Source: Myxococcota bacterium (lineage in GTDB: Bacteria > Myxococcota_A > Polyangia > Polyangiales > Sandaracinaceae). Taken from it: a stretch of 64,000 nt of DNA. Both the position numbers and the translations under genes were made by a program. Below the pieces are notes generated by a model, which saw only the letters and a list, made by a program, of their open reading frames with translations, searched no databases and was not told the origin of the DNA. The stretch covers positions 1-64,000 of the forward strand of contig JAYZQJ010000143.1 in the NCBI GenBank assembly GCA_036149055.1, written 5' to 3'. Below are positions 47,070-57,297 of this stretch, piece after piece. Positions within the stretch are counted from its first letter, which is position 1. Each line of letters starts with the position of its first letter.

Positions 47070-48842
47070 GTGACGTTCGCGGGCCTCGGATGGGGAGCGT
47101 TGGCGGGGCTGGCGGGAGCGGCGGCGCTCACGGTGCTCGCGCTGTACCTGTTGCGCAGGACGCCGAAGCCGCAGCTCGTCAGCAACGTCACGTTCTGGAT
47201 GCGGGCCGCGCAGTCGAGCCGGCCGCGGTTCCTCCGGGCGTCGCGGATCCCCTGGATCGCCTTCCTCGTCAGCCTGCTCGTCGCGCTCCTCTTCGTCACC
47301 GAGCTCGGCGACCCGAGGTTCGGCAAGGGCGTGCGGGGCACCACCGTGATCGTGCTCTCCGCCGGGCGGTCGATGGGAGCCGAGGACGCCGGGGAGCGGC
47401 GGATCGATCGCGCGGTGCGCGAGGTGCGGCAGTGGGTCGATCGCACCACCGCCGGAGGCCGAGTCGCGGTGGTGCGCGCCGGCATGCGGCCGGAGACGCT
47501 GCTCGCGCTGACCGAAGACAACGCCGACCTCGAGCGGGCGCTCGCCGGCTTCGAGCTCGACGACGGGCCGGCCGACCTCGAGGGCGGGCTGCTCCTCGCC
47601 GATCGCATCATCGAGGCGAGCGGCGACGCCGGGCAGATCCTGCTCGTCGCCGACCGCGACGCCGAGGCCGAGACGCGCAGCACCCGGGTGCTCGTGCCCG
47701 TCGGCGTGCCCGCCGACACCATCGCGATCGCCGACTTCACCGCGCGGCGCGACCCGCTCGCGGCCGGGGAGTTCGTCGCCGAGGTGCAGCTCCAGTCCTT
47801 CGCGTCGCGCGAGGCGAGCGCGCGGCTGCGCATCCTCGACGGCGAGGTCCCGCTCCTCGACCGGCGCATCACGCTCGCGGCCGGGGAGGGCGCGCGGCTG
47901 CTCGCCCAGGGCTTCAGCGCCGAACGGGCCGAGCTCACCGCGCGCCTCGAGGACATCGAGATCACCGCCAGCCACGACGCGCTCGCGGTCGATGACGTCG
48001 CCCACGCGGTCGTCGCGCCCCTGTCGCCGCTCCGGGTGCTCTTCGTCTCGCCGGGCAGCCTCTTCCTCGAGGCCGCGCTCGCGGTGCACCCCAACGCCCA
48101 GGTCGAGCAGATCCCGCCGGCCGGGCTCTCCGGGGCCGACCTCGCCGCGTACGACGTGCTCGTGCTCGACCGCACCGCCCTCCCCGAGGGCGTGGAGCAC
48201 GGCTCGGTGGTGCTCTTCGCGCCGCCGTCCGGTCAGCTCGGCGCGTCGGGCGAGGCCGAGGATCCGCGCATCACCGCGTTCCTCGCGAGCCACCCCGCGC
48301 TCCACGGCGTGCGCCTCGACGGGGTGAACGTGCGGCGGTCCCTCCGCTTCGCCACCGATCCCGGCGACCAGGTGCTGATCCGCTCCGGCGCCGATGCCCT
48401 CGCCGTGGCCCGCGAGGCGCGCGGCCGGCGCCTGATCGCCTACGGCCTCGACCTCGGGGCGACCGACCTCGTCGAGCGCGAGGCCTTCCCGCTGATGGTG
48501 CACGACAGCCTGCGGTGGGCGGCGTCCTCGCGCGACGAGATCCCGCTGCCGCGCCGCCTCGGCGAGCCGCTCTACGCGGAGACCACCGTGCTCGGGCCGG
48601 ACGGAGAGCCGGTGAGCGCGACCGAGCTCGCCGCGATCCGTCGGCAGGGCATCTACCACCACGGGGAGCGGGCCATCGCCTACAGCGGCACCGTGCACGC
48701 CCGCGAGCTGCCGGTCGGCGCGAGCGGGGGCCGCTTCCGGAACGTCGATCCCCTCCCGCCGCTCGCCGTCATCGTCGCGCTCGCGCTGCTCGGCCTGATG
48801 GTGCTCGAGTGGACCCTGCTCCACCGCGGGAGGCTCTCCTGA
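47070..48842 (+). CDS. BatA-like N-terminal double-TM protein with vWA-like domain
   Basis: LALYLLRR..VSNVTFW, SAGRSM, VVRAG, DDVAH, FPLMV and C-terminal LEW. A GAAGGAG RBS precedes the GTG. Confidence 0.85.
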   Translation: MTFAGLGWGALAGLAGAAALTVLALYLLRRTPKPQLVSNVTFWMRAAQSSRPRFLRASRIPWIAFLVSLLVALLFVTELGDPRFGKGVRGTTVIVLSAGRSMGAEDAGERRIDRAVREVRQWVDRTTAGGRVAVVRAGMRPETLLALTEDNADLERALAGFELDDGPADLEGGLLLADRIIEASGDAGQILLVADRDAEAETRSTRVLVPVGVPADTIAIADFTARRDPLAAGEFVAEVQLQSFASREASARLRILDGEVPLLDRRITLAAGEGARLLAQGFSAERAELTARLEDIEITASHDALAVDDVAHAVVAPLSPLRVLFVSPGSLFLEAALAVHPNAQVEQIPPAGLSGADLAAYDVLVLDRTALPEGVEHGSVVLFAPPSGQLGASGEAEDPRITAFLASHPALHGVRLDGVNVRRSLRFATDPGDQVLIRSGADALAVAREARGRRLIAYGLDLGATDLVEREAFPLMVHDSLRWAASSRDEIPLPRRLGEPLYAETTVLGPDGEPVSATELAAIRRQGIYHHGERAIAYSGTVHARELPVGASGGRFRNVDPLPPLAVIVALALLGLMVLEWTLLHRGRLS

Positions 48843-51376
48843 TGCCCGAGCTGACCATCGGCTGGCCGCTCGCGCTGTGGGGGCTCTGCGCCGCGCCGCT
48901 CCTGGTGCTGCTCGCGATCCGCAGCCGGTTCCCGATCGGGCCGCGGCGCCGCTGGATGGTCGTCGCCACCCGCGCGCTGACCGCGGCGCTGCTCGTGCTG
49001 GCCATGGCCGACCTCCGCCTCGGGCTGCCCACCGAGGAGCTCGCGGTCGCCACCGTCGTCGACGCCACGCCGAGCGTGACCGAGCCGGACCGGGAGCGGA
49101 TCCGTCAGCGGCTCGCCGAGGTCCGAGCCAGCCACGACGACGTCCGCTGGATCGAGGCCACCTCGCCCGGCGCGGTCCGCCCCTCCACCGACGTCTCGGT
49201 GGGCGTGGCGCTCCTGCCGCGCGACCGGGTGCGGCGCATGGTCGTCGCCACCGACGGGCGCGACCGCGGCGGAGAGCTCGGCGCGGCGATCGCGGCCGCG
49301 CACCGGGCCGGGGTCGAGGTCTCGATCGCGCCGATGGGCGACACGCCGCCGATGGACCTGGTCAGCGTCACCGGCCTCTCGGTGCCGCGCATGATCCGGG
49401 CCGGCGATCGCATCGACGTCGGCGTCGAGATGCACGCCGCGCGCGACGCCGACGTCAGCCTCACGATGGCCCTCGACGGCGTCGAGGTCGGCCGCACCGA
49501 GGCGGTCGCGCGGCGCGGGGAGTCGAGCGCCTCCATCGAGGTCGAGTTCCCCGAGGACGAGGGCGTGCACGAGCTGACCGTCGCGCTCTCCGCGGCCGGC
49601 GACGTGGTCGCCCAGAACGACGTGTGGCGCAGCCTGGTGCGCATCTCGCCGAAGCCGCGGGTGCGCATCCTCCATGATCCCGACAACGGCCCGCCGCTCC
49701 TCGCCCAGGTCTTCGAGGAGGGCGGCATGCGGGTGGACGTCACCCCGATCACCGCCGCGCCCCTCGCCGCCGACGAGCTCCAGGACGTGAACCTGGTGGT
49801 GGTCGACGAGGCGGACCCGGGCGACCTCACCGAGGTGCAGCAGCAGGTCCTGCGCGACTGGGTCGAGGGCGAAGGCGGCGGCCTCATCAGCGTGACCGGG
49901 ACCAACCCGGTGCGGCGCACCCCGCGCATCTTCCGCGAGATCGAGCCGATCACCATCCCGCCGGCGATCCCCGAGCCGCGGCCCCTCGAGCTGGTCCTCG
50001 TCATCGACCGCTCCTCGTCGATGAGCGGTATCAAGATGATGCAGGCGCGCAACGCCGCGATCGCCGCGGTGCGAGCCCTCCGACAGGACGCGCGCGCCGG
50101 CGTGGTCGCCTTCAGCGGCGGCGCCGATCGGGTGATGGCGCCGGTGGGCATGGACCAGCGCGACGACCTCGTGCAGTTCATCAGCGGCATCCACGCGTCG
50201 GGCGGCACCAACATCGCGGCCGCCCTCGGCGCGGCCAACGCGGTGATGAGCAACGACCCGCGGTACATCCACCACGTCATCCTGCTCTCCGACGGCGTGA
50301 GCGCGCCCGATCCCGCCCTCGCCGCCGCCACCGTGCTCGCCGGGCGCGGGGTCAGCATCTCGGCGATCACCATCGGGCCGCGCAACGACCTGATGGCCCG
50401 CATCGCCCAGATCGGCCGCGGCCGCTACCACGTCACCAACAGCGCCGGCTCGCTGCCCAGCCTGTTCGTGCGCGAGGCGCAGTACCGCCAGCCCCCGGCC
50501 CACCGCCGCAGCAGCTTCGCGCCCCGCGTCGTCACCCACCTCGCGATGCTCGAGGACGTCGACCTCGAGGCGGCGCCGCAGCTCGGCGGCCACGCGCTCG
50601 CCGGCCTCGAGCGAGGCGCGACCATGGTGCTCTCGACCCCCGACCGACGCCCGGTGCTCGCCCACTGGCACCGCGGGCTCGGGCAGGTGGCGACCTTCAC
50701 CAGCGCGACGAGCGGGGCGTGGGCGGATCGCTGGCGGGACTGGGACGGCTTCCGCGCGTTCTGGGTCGCGATGGCCGAAGGCATGCTGCGGACCCGCCCG
50801 GTCGACCCGCCGCAGATCCGGCTCGCGCCCCACCCGGTGCTCGAGGGCGTGCAGGTCGCGACGGTGCTCGCGCCCACGATCGAGAGCGAGCCGGTGCCCC
50901 TCGTGCGCCTCTTCCGCGCGCCGGGCGAGGGCGAGCCCCTCGAGCTCTACGAGCGCGGCCCCGGGGTGTGGCAGTCCGAGGTGCTCGCCGACGGCGGCTT
51001 CCTGCTCGACGCCCGCATGCCCGGCGACGAGCGGCCGACCGTCGCGGTGGGCCACGACCGCCCCTACGACCCGGAGCTCGCGCTCTTCGGCACCCACCGG
51101 GCGGAGCTCGAGCGGCTCGCCGCGGCCGGCGGCGGTCGAGTGCTCGAGGACCTGACGGCGGTGACCGAGGCGATCGAGGAGCAGGCGGTGATGCGCTCGC
51201 TGCGCACGCCGCTCCTCGCCGCGGCGCTGTTGATGTACCTGCTCGGCCTGCTCCTGCTGCGCTTGCCCGATCACTCGGTCGGGGCGACGGTGGTGCGGCC
51301 GGAGCGCAAGCGACGGCGGTGGGGGCGAGAGCGCAAGTCGATGCACCCGGACGAGCCGAAGAAGGAGGCCGCGTGA
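48842..51376 (+). CDS. vWA-domain membrane protein with a GATase-like domain
   Basis: LVIDRSSSM (MIDAS), GGTNI, ILLSDG, GRGRY and GLGQV..FTS..W. Confidence 0.88.
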   Translation: MPELTIGWPLALWGLCAAPLLVLLAIRSRFPIGPRRRWMVVATRALTAALLVLAMADLRLGLPTEELAVATVVDATPSVTEPDRERIRQRLAEVRASHDDVRWIEATSPGAVRPSTDVSVGVALLPRDRVRRMVVATDGRDRGGELGAAIAAAHRAGVEVSIAPMGDTPPMDLVSVTGLSVPRMIRAGDRIDVGVEMHAARDADVSLTMALDGVEVGRTEAVARRGESSASIEVEFPEDEGVHELTVALSAAGDVVAQNDVWRSLVRISPKPRVRILHDPDNGPPLLAQVFEEGGMRVDVTPITAAPLAADELQDVNLVVVDEADPGDLTEVQQQVLRDWVEGEGGGLISVTGTNPVRRTPRIFREIEPITIPPAIPEPRPLELVLVIDRSSSMSGIKMMQARNAAIAAVRALRQDARAGVVAFSGGADRVMAPVGMDQRDDLVQFISGIHASGGTNIAAALGAANAVMSNDPRYIHHVILLSDGVSAPDPALAAATVLAGRGVSISAITIGPRNDLMARIAQIGRGRYHVTNSAGSLPSLFVREAQYRQPPAHRRSSFAPRVVTHLAMLEDVDLEAAPQLGGHALAGLERGATMVLSTPDRRPVLAHWHRGLGQVATFTSATSGAWADRWRDWDGFRAFWVAMAEGMLRTRPVDPPQIRLAPHPVLEGVQVATVLAPTIESEPVPLVRLFRAPGEGEPLELYERGPGVWQSEVLADGGFLLDARMPGDERPTVAVGHDRPYDPELALFGTHRAELERLAAAGGGRVLEDLTAVTEAIEEQAVMRSLRTPLLAAALLMYLLGLLLLRLPDHSVGATVVRPERKRRRWGRERKSMHPDEPKKEAA

Positions 51377-52824
51377 GGCGCGTGGCGACGATGGCGATCC
51401 TGCTCGCGGCGTGCGGCGGGCCCGAGCCTCGCTACGGCGAGGCGACCCTCTCGGAGGCGGCGCCGCGCGTCGCCCTCACCGGCACGACGTTCGGCCAGGC
51501 GGCCGCGCTCGAGCTCGCCCCGGGCTGCCCCGGTTACCTCGACGTCGAGACCCCCGGGCACGTGATCGAGGTCGAAGGCGACGCCCCGTTCACCGTCCGG
51601 GTGCGCTCGGGCGACGGGCCGCTCGCGCTCGCGGTGGCGCGCGGGGACGAGGTCCGCTGCGACAGCGACGAGGGCGCGGGCCACGCGCCGACCCTCGCCT
51701 ACGAGGGGGCGGGCACCTACGCGGTCTACGTCGCCGCGCTCCGCGAGCCGGCGCCGCTCGCCTACGAGCTCGAGCTGTTCACCGACGGCGCGGGGGAGGG
51801 CCCGAGCGCGCCCGCGAGCGACATCCGCGACGTCAGCGTCACCATCACCAGTGATCCGCCGGGCGCCCAGGTGCGCGATCAGGGCGGTCAGGTCGTCGGC
51901 GTGACCCCGGCGATGTTCATGGTGAGCCTGCCGGCCGCCGAGGCGGGGCAGGAGCGCCGCTGGACCCTGTCGCTGCCCGACCACGAGGAGGTCACCGTCA
52001 CCGGCACCGTGACCGAGGGCGCGCTGGTCCTGCACGGGCAGCTCCCCGCGATCGGCCCGACGGTGGTCGACGTGAGCGCCTCCGAGTCACAGCCGATCCG
52101 CGACTACCAGAGCGCGGCGCTCGCGGTGGAGGTGGCCGAGGACTGCGCCATCACCGAGGCGGAGCTCGGCGTCGACGTGCGGCACAGCTTCATCGGCGAT
52201 CTCCGGGTCGTGCTGCGCACCCCATGGAGCGAGGACCTCGTGCTCCAGCGTCATCAGGGCGGCGGCCGGCGCAACCTCCGGCGCACCTGGGACCTCGACG
52301 ATCGGCAGCTCTCGGGCCTGCGCGGTCGGAGCACGCGCGGGCGCTGGACGATGATCGTGCACGACGACGCGGGCGCCGATCAGGGCAGCTTCGATCGCTT
52401 CGACGTGCACCTCGCCTGCGCGCCCGGGGGCGTCCGGGTCTCGCCGAGCGTCGAGCCGCCGGATCCCTCGCCGAGCCCGACGCCTTCGCCGAGCCCGACG
52501 CCGACCCCGTCGACCAGCCTGCCGGACCTCCCGCCGCGCACCGAGATCGTGCGGGTGATGAGCGGCCTCCGCCCGCGGGTGGAGCAGTGCGGTCGGCAGG
52601 GCGGCAACGTGCGGGTCCTCGCGACCGTCTCCGGCTCCACCGGGCGCGTGACCCGTACCACCGGGAGCGGCACCGCCTCGGCCCAGGAGCGCTCGTGCGT
52701 GCTCCGGGTGGTGCGCGGCGCCCGCTTCTCCCGCTTCCGGCGGAGCGAGCTCGACGTCGACTACACCTACGACCTCCCGAGGCGCGGCGCGCAGCAGGGG
52801 GACGTGCTCGACCCCTGGAACTAG
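51373..52824 (+). CDS. Lipoprotein with PEGA-like and proprotein-convertase P domains
   Basis: Lipobox LAAC, ITSDPPGA..GVTP and VRHSFIGDLRVVL..GRWTMIVHDDAGADQG. Confidence 0.8.
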   Translation: MRRVATMAILLAACGGPEPRYGEATLSEAAPRVALTGTTFGQAAALELAPGCPGYLDVETPGHVIEVEGDAPFTVRVRSGDGPLALAVARGDEVRCDSDEGAGHAPTLAYEGAGTYAVYVAALREPAPLAYELELFTDGAGEGPSAPASDIRDVSVTITSDPPGAQVRDQGGQVVGVTPAMFMVSLPAAEAGQERRWTLSLPDHEEVTVTGTVTEGALVLHGQLPAIGPTVVDVSASESQPIRDYQSAALAVEVAEDCAITEAELGVDVRHSFIGDLRVVLRTPWSEDLVLQRHQGGGRRNLRRTWDLDDRQLSGLRGRSTRGRWTMIVHDDAGADQGSFDRFDVHLACAPGGVRVSPSVEPPDPSPSPTPSPSPTPTPSTSLPDLPPRTEIVRVMSGLRPRVEQCGRQGGNVRVLATVSGSTGRVTRTTGSGTASAQERSCVLRVVRGARFSRFRRSELDVDYTYDLPRRGAQQGDVLDPWN

Positions 52825-52845
52825 TGCTGCGAGTATGCTCGGCGG

Positions 52846-53274
52846 GTGGCGCTCTCTCAGCTCATCTACGTCAGCCGGGCGACCCGCAAGCTGACCCTCC
52901 GCGACACCATGGCGATCCTGGACGCCGCCAAGCCCAACAACGAGGCGAACGGCGTCACCGGGCTGCTCGCCTACGGCGGCGGCCACTTCCTCCAGGTGCT
53001 CGAGGGGGAGGGGCGGCAGGTCACCGACACGTTCGCCCGCATCCTGCGGGACGCGCGCCACGAGGAGGCCCAGATCGTCGACTTCTCGATCATCCAGGCG
53101 CGCCGCTTCGACGACTGGTCGATGCACCTGATCAACCTCGACGACCCGGACCGCCCGAGCGACGCGCGCCGCCCGCAGCGCTACCGGGCCGACGCCTCCC
53201 ACCCCTTCTTCAGCACCGACCCCCAGGTCGCGTTCTGGATGCTCTACGACCTGAAGATCGCGGCGCTGACCTGA
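52846..53274 (+). CDS. BLUF-domain blue-light sensor (stand-alone)
   Basis: LIYVSRA, NNEANGVTGLL, FLQVLEG, DARH and RRFDDWSM; the conserved Y, Q, W and M are present. Confidence 0.95.
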   Translation: MALSQLIYVSRATRKLTLRDTMAILDAAKPNNEANGVTGLLAYGGGHFLQVLEGEGRQVTDTFARILRDARHEEAQIVDFSIIQARRFDDWSMHLINLDDPDRPSDARRPQRYRADASHPFFSTDPQVAFWMLYDLKIAALT

Positions 53275-53329
53275 GGCGATAAGGAGAGATCAGTGGAGCC
53301 GAGGCGACCGGCGCGGCCATGCTCTCCGC

Positions 53330-54397
53330 ATGCCCCGCCTCCTCCTCCTCGCGTGCTGTCTGATCGGCTGCGGCGCCCCGGAGGGCGGCGACGACGGCGG
53401 GCGGGCGGCCCCGGACGCCGCGGCCTTCGACGCCGCGACCCACGACGCCGCGACCCACGACGCCTCTTCGAACGGCGACGCCGAGGTCCCGGTCGCCGAC
53501 GCGGGTCCGCGCCCGGCCAGCTGCGACGACCCGGCCGCCGGGTGGCTCTTCTGCGAGGACTTCGAGGCGGGCGACGGCGACTGGGACGCGTGGTGGGCGG
53601 AGACCGACTTCATCCAGGCCCTCGGCGGTGACGACCGCGGTCGGATCACCCTCGATCCGGGCGCGCACGGCGGCTCCTGGGCCGCGTACCTGCCGGCGGC
53701 CGCCAGCTCGGGGCACCGCGGCGCGACCCTCGACTGGTGGGACTGCGCCGGGGAGCAGGCCAGCGGGTGCGCGCTCGAGAGCCACGACGAGCTCTACTTC
53801 CGCGCCTGGGTCCGCTTCGCCGACGACCACCGCTACGTGCATCACTTCCTGAGCGTCGGCGGGTCCCAGCCGGACGACTTCTGGTACGGGGGCACGGCGG
53901 GCTGCCTGCCGAACGGCGAGCTCGCGATGGGCACCACCGTCGACCACCGCGAGGGCAGCCACGAGTCGTTCTTCTACACCTACCACCCGGAGATGCGCTG
54001 CGACACGCGCTGCGACCGCTACGCCGACGTGGATCGCATCTGCGCCGAGTGCGCGGCCAAGGGCCTGCCCACCTGCGACGCGCAGCCGCAGTGCTGCTGG
54101 GGCAACCACTTCGCGCCCGAGCCGCCGGTGGCCTTGCCGGTCGGCCGGTGGTTCTGCCTCGAGATGACGATGCGCGCGAACACGCCGGGCGAGCACGACG
54201 GCGAGATGGCCTACTGGGTCGACGAGGCGCTCGCGCACCGCGAGACCGGGATGATGTGGCGGACCACCGACCGCCTCGCGCTCAACCGGGCGCGCCTCCA
54301 GCACTACATCACCGAGAGCGACGCCGACGGCCACTCGAACCGGGTCTGGTTCGACGACGTCGTGGTGAGCACCGAGCGGATCGGCTGCGGCCGATGA
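53330..54397 (+). CDS. Lipoprotein with a polysaccharide-lyase/ConA-like beta-sandwich
   Basis: LIGC, FCEDFE, ELYFRAW, GRWFCLE, DGEMAYWVD and VWFDDVVVSTERIGC. Confidence 0.7.
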   Translation: MPRLLLLACCLIGCGAPEGGDDGGRAAPDAAAFDAATHDAATHDASSNGDAEVPVADAGPRPASCDDPAAGWLFCEDFEAGDGDWDAWWAETDFIQALGGDDRGRITLDPGAHGGSWAAYLPAAASSGHRGATLDWWDCAGEQASGCALESHDELYFRAWVRFADDHRYVHHFLSVGGSQPDDFWYGGTAGCLPNGELAMGTTVDHREGSHESFFYTYHPEMRCDTRCDRYADVDRICAECAAKGLPTCDAQPQCCWGNHFAPEPPVALPVGRWFCLEMTMRANTPGEHDGEMAYWVDEALAHRETGMMWRTTDRLALNRARLQHYITESDADGHSNRVWFDDVVVSTERIGCGR

Positions 54398-54408
54398 GAA
54401 GGAGTGAG

Positions 54409-55329
54409 ATGGCGAGGCGTTGGATCTGGATCCCCCTGACCCTGCTGCTGGCCTGTGATCCGCCGCCGGCGGAGCCCGACGCGGCCACGCCGGACGCCTC
54501 GATCGCGGACGCCTCGAGCCCCGAGCCGGACGCGGGGGACCTCGACGCGGCGGTGACGGTGCCCGACGCCGGCCTCCCCGACGCGGGCCCGCCCTACGAG
54601 CCCTACTTCTTCGACGACTTCGAGAGCTACGCCGACGGCGAGAGCCTCGCCCGGAACCCCTTCGGCTCCGCGGGACGCACCACCGCGAGCGCCGAGCAGG
54701 CGGCGCGCGGGAGCCAGAGCGCGCGCATGGAGATCCGGCGCGGCGACGGCGGCGGCTTCGGGCGCTGGGGCGGCATCCTCCCGCTCCGCCCGCGCCTGGT
54801 GGCCGGCCAGGAGGTCTGGGTCCGCCTCGACGTCTACTGGCCGAGCAGCTTCGAGTTCTCGGCCACCCCGTGGATGAAGTTCATCCGCGTCCACACCCGC
54901 ACCGAGACCGGCGAGAACGGCGGCTACAACGACCTCTACGTCGACGAGGCCGACCAGCGGCGGAGCGTGCTGCGCACCATCAAGGAGGGGCACGACCGTT
55001 GGGAGGTCTACGGCGGCGACCCGATCCCCCGCGACACCTGGGAGCGCTACGAGATGTACCTCTTCCTCGACGACGCCTCGGTCGACGAGGGCGGCGAGGG
55101 GCGCGTCCGGATCTGGCGGGACGGGGAGCTGATCTTCGACCGCACCGACGTGCCGACCCTGCCGCCGAACGGTGACGCCGACTACGTCTACCTCTTCACC
55201 TACTGGAACAACGAGCGCCCGCCGGACAACCACTGCTACGTGGACGACCTCGTCATCGCCACCAGCGACAATCCCCCGCCCAACGTCGACCCGGCCGGGA
55301 ACGTCTACCTCGGCGACTGGACCCCGTGA
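54409..55329 (+). CDS. Lipoprotein with a related beta-sandwich domain
   Basis: LLAC, FFDDFES, EVWVR, WERYEMY, GRVRIWRDG and YVDDLVIA. AAGGAG RBS. Confidence 0.72.
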   Translation: MARRWIWIPLTLLLACDPPPAEPDAATPDASIADASSPEPDAGDLDAAVTVPDAGLPDAGPPYEPYFFDDFESYADGESLARNPFGSAGRTTASAEQAARGSQSARMEIRRGDGGGFGRWGGILPLRPRLVAGQEVWVRLDVYWPSSFEFSATPWMKFIRVHTRTETGENGGYNDLYVDEADQRRSVLRTIKEGHDRWEVYGGDPIPRDTWERYEMYLFLDDASVDEGGEGRVRIWRDGELIFDRTDVPTLPPNGDADYVYLFTYWNNERPPDNHCYVDDLVIATSDNPPPNVDPAGNVYLGDWTP

Positions 55330-55373
55330 GATCCTTGCGTCCGCCGGATTGGCCCTAGATACGGGTCGCTCCG

Positions 55374-57257
55374 GTGCGCCCGACCCCCTCACTCCTGCCG
55401 CTCCTCCGCGAGGCCTGCGACAGCCTCGCCGACGGCCTCATGTTGTTCGGCGCCATCCGCGACGAGGCGGGCCACATCGTGGACTTCGAGTGGCTCTACA
55501 CCAACCCGGCGGCGACGACGGTCGTCGGGCGCGACGACGCCGACCTCCGCGGCAAGCGCCTGCTCGTCGAGATGCCGGGCAACCGGGACAGCGGCCTGTT
55601 CGAGCGCTACGTGCGGGTGGTCGAGACCGGCGAGCCCGACCAGCACGAGTTCCACTACACGCACGAGGGCTTCGACGACTGGTTCACGAACCGCTCGACC
55701 AAGGTCGGCGACGGGTTCCTCGTCACCTTCCAGAACATCACCCGCCAGCGCACCCTGGAGCGCGAGCGAGACCAGCAGCGGCAGCTCCTGCACCGGCTCT
55801 TCATGCAGGCGCCGGTGGCCATCTCGGTGGTCCGACCTCCGGACTTCGTCTTCGAGCTGGCCAACCCGCGCTACGAGGAGATGGTCGGCCGCGCCGGGAT
55901 CACCGGCAAGACGCTCGCCGAGGCCTTCCCCGAGCTGCCCCCGGACGGACCCATATCCCAGGCCCTCGAAGGCGTGATCCGCGACCGGCAGGCGTTCTTC
56001 ACCCCAGAGCTCTACGTCCCGATCGACCGCGACGGGGACGGGGTGCCGGAGGACGCCTACTTCATGTTCACCCTCCAGCCCATGGTCGGGGACGGGGGCC
56101 AGGTCGAGGCGGTCCTGACGGTGGCGGTCGAGGTCACCGAGCGAAAGCTGGCCGAAGACGCGCTGCGCCGCGCCGACGCGAAGAAGGACGAGTTCCTCGC
56201 CGTCCTCGCCCACGAGCTCCGGAACCCGCTGGCCGTCGTCAAGAGCGCGCACGGCCTGCTGAAGGGCGCCGCGCACGTCGACCCCTCCGTGCACCGGGTC
56301 GAGGCGGTGCTCGAGCGGCAGCTCGCCCACATGAGCCGGCTCCTCGACGACCTGCTCGACGTCGGCCGGCTCTCGAGCGGCAAGCTCGTGCTCGAGCGCG
56401 GGGCGGTGGACTTCGTGCGGATCGTGAACGAGGTCATCGGCGATCACCGCGCGGCCTTCGTGGAGCGGGGGCTGACCTTCGAGGCCTGCCTGCCCGACGC
56501 GCCGCTCTGGATTCACGGCGACGCGGTCCGGCTCGCGCAGGTGGTCGACAACCTGGTGACCAACGCCCTCAAGTACACGCCGGCCCCCGGCCGGGTCGAC
56601 GTCAGCGTGCGCCGGGGCGAGGACGGGCTGACGCTCGAGGTCCGGGACACCGGCGTCGGCATCGAGCCCGAGCTCCGGCGGCGGATCTTCCAGCCCTTCG
56701 AGCAGGCGCCGCAGAACATCGCCCGATCGTCCGGCGGGCTGGGGCTCGGCCTCGCGCTCGCCGAGCGCATCGTGGGGCTGCACGGGGGCTCGCTCGAGGC
56801 CGAGAGCGAAGGGGAGGGGCGGGGCAGCGTCTTCACCTTGCGCCTCCCCATCGGCGAAGCCCCGGTCGCCGCTCCGCCGCCCGTTGCGTCGACGGAGCGA
56901 GAGTCGCCGCGGCGGTTCCTGGTGGTGGAGGACAACGAGGACGCGGCCGAGCTGGTCGTGATGCTCCTCCGCCGGCGCGGCCACCACGCCCACCACGTGG
57001 CGCGGGGTGGGGACGGAGTCGAGGCCGTCGAGCGGGACCGCTACGACGTCGTGATCTGCGACATCGGGCTGCCGGACATGGACGGCTACGAGGTCGCCCG
57101 CGCCCTCCGCGCGCTCCCGGGCGGCGACCGGCTCAAGCTCGTCGCGCTCTCCGGCTACGGCCAGGCAGACGATCGCCGCCGCTCGCGCGAGGCCGGCTTC
57201 GACGCCCACCTCCTCAAGCCCGCGAGCCTCGACGCCGTGCTCGAGGCGATCGCGTAG
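55374..57257 (+). CDS. Hybrid PAS-PAS histidine kinase with receiver domain
   Basis: AHELRNPL, NLVTNALKY, DTGVGI, GLGLGL and receiver motifs VVEDN, CDIGLP, KP. Confidence 0.95.
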   Translation: MRPTPSLLPLLREACDSLADGLMLFGAIRDEAGHIVDFEWLYTNPAATTVVGRDDADLRGKRLLVEMPGNRDSGLFERYVRVVETGEPDQHEFHYTHEGFDDWFTNRSTKVGDGFLVTFQNITRQRTLERERDQQRQLLHRLFMQAPVAISVVRPPDFVFELANPRYEEMVGRAGITGKTLAEAFPELPPDGPISQALEGVIRDRQAFFTPELYVPIDRDGDGVPEDAYFMFTLQPMVGDGGQVEAVLTVAVEVTERKLAEDALRRADAKKDEFLAVLAHELRNPLAVVKSAHGLLKGAAHVDPSVHRVEAVLERQLAHMSRLLDDLLDVGRLSSGKLVLERGAVDFVRIVNEVIGDHRAAFVERGLTFEACLPDAPLWIHGDAVRLAQVVDNLVTNALKYTPAPGRVDVSVRRGEDGLTLEVRDTGVGIEPELRRRIFQPFEQAPQNIARSSGGLGLGLALAERIVGLHGGSLEAESEGEGRGSVFTLRLPIGEAPVAAPPPVASTERESPRRFLVVEDNEDAAELVVMLLRRRGHHAHHVARGGDGVEAVERDRYDVVICDIGLPDMDGYEVARALRALPGGDRLKLVALSGYGQADDRRRSREAGFDAHLLKPASLDAVLEAIA

Positions 57258-57297
57258 CCGGCGCCCCGTTCGACGGGTAGAACGGTCTCCGACCTCG

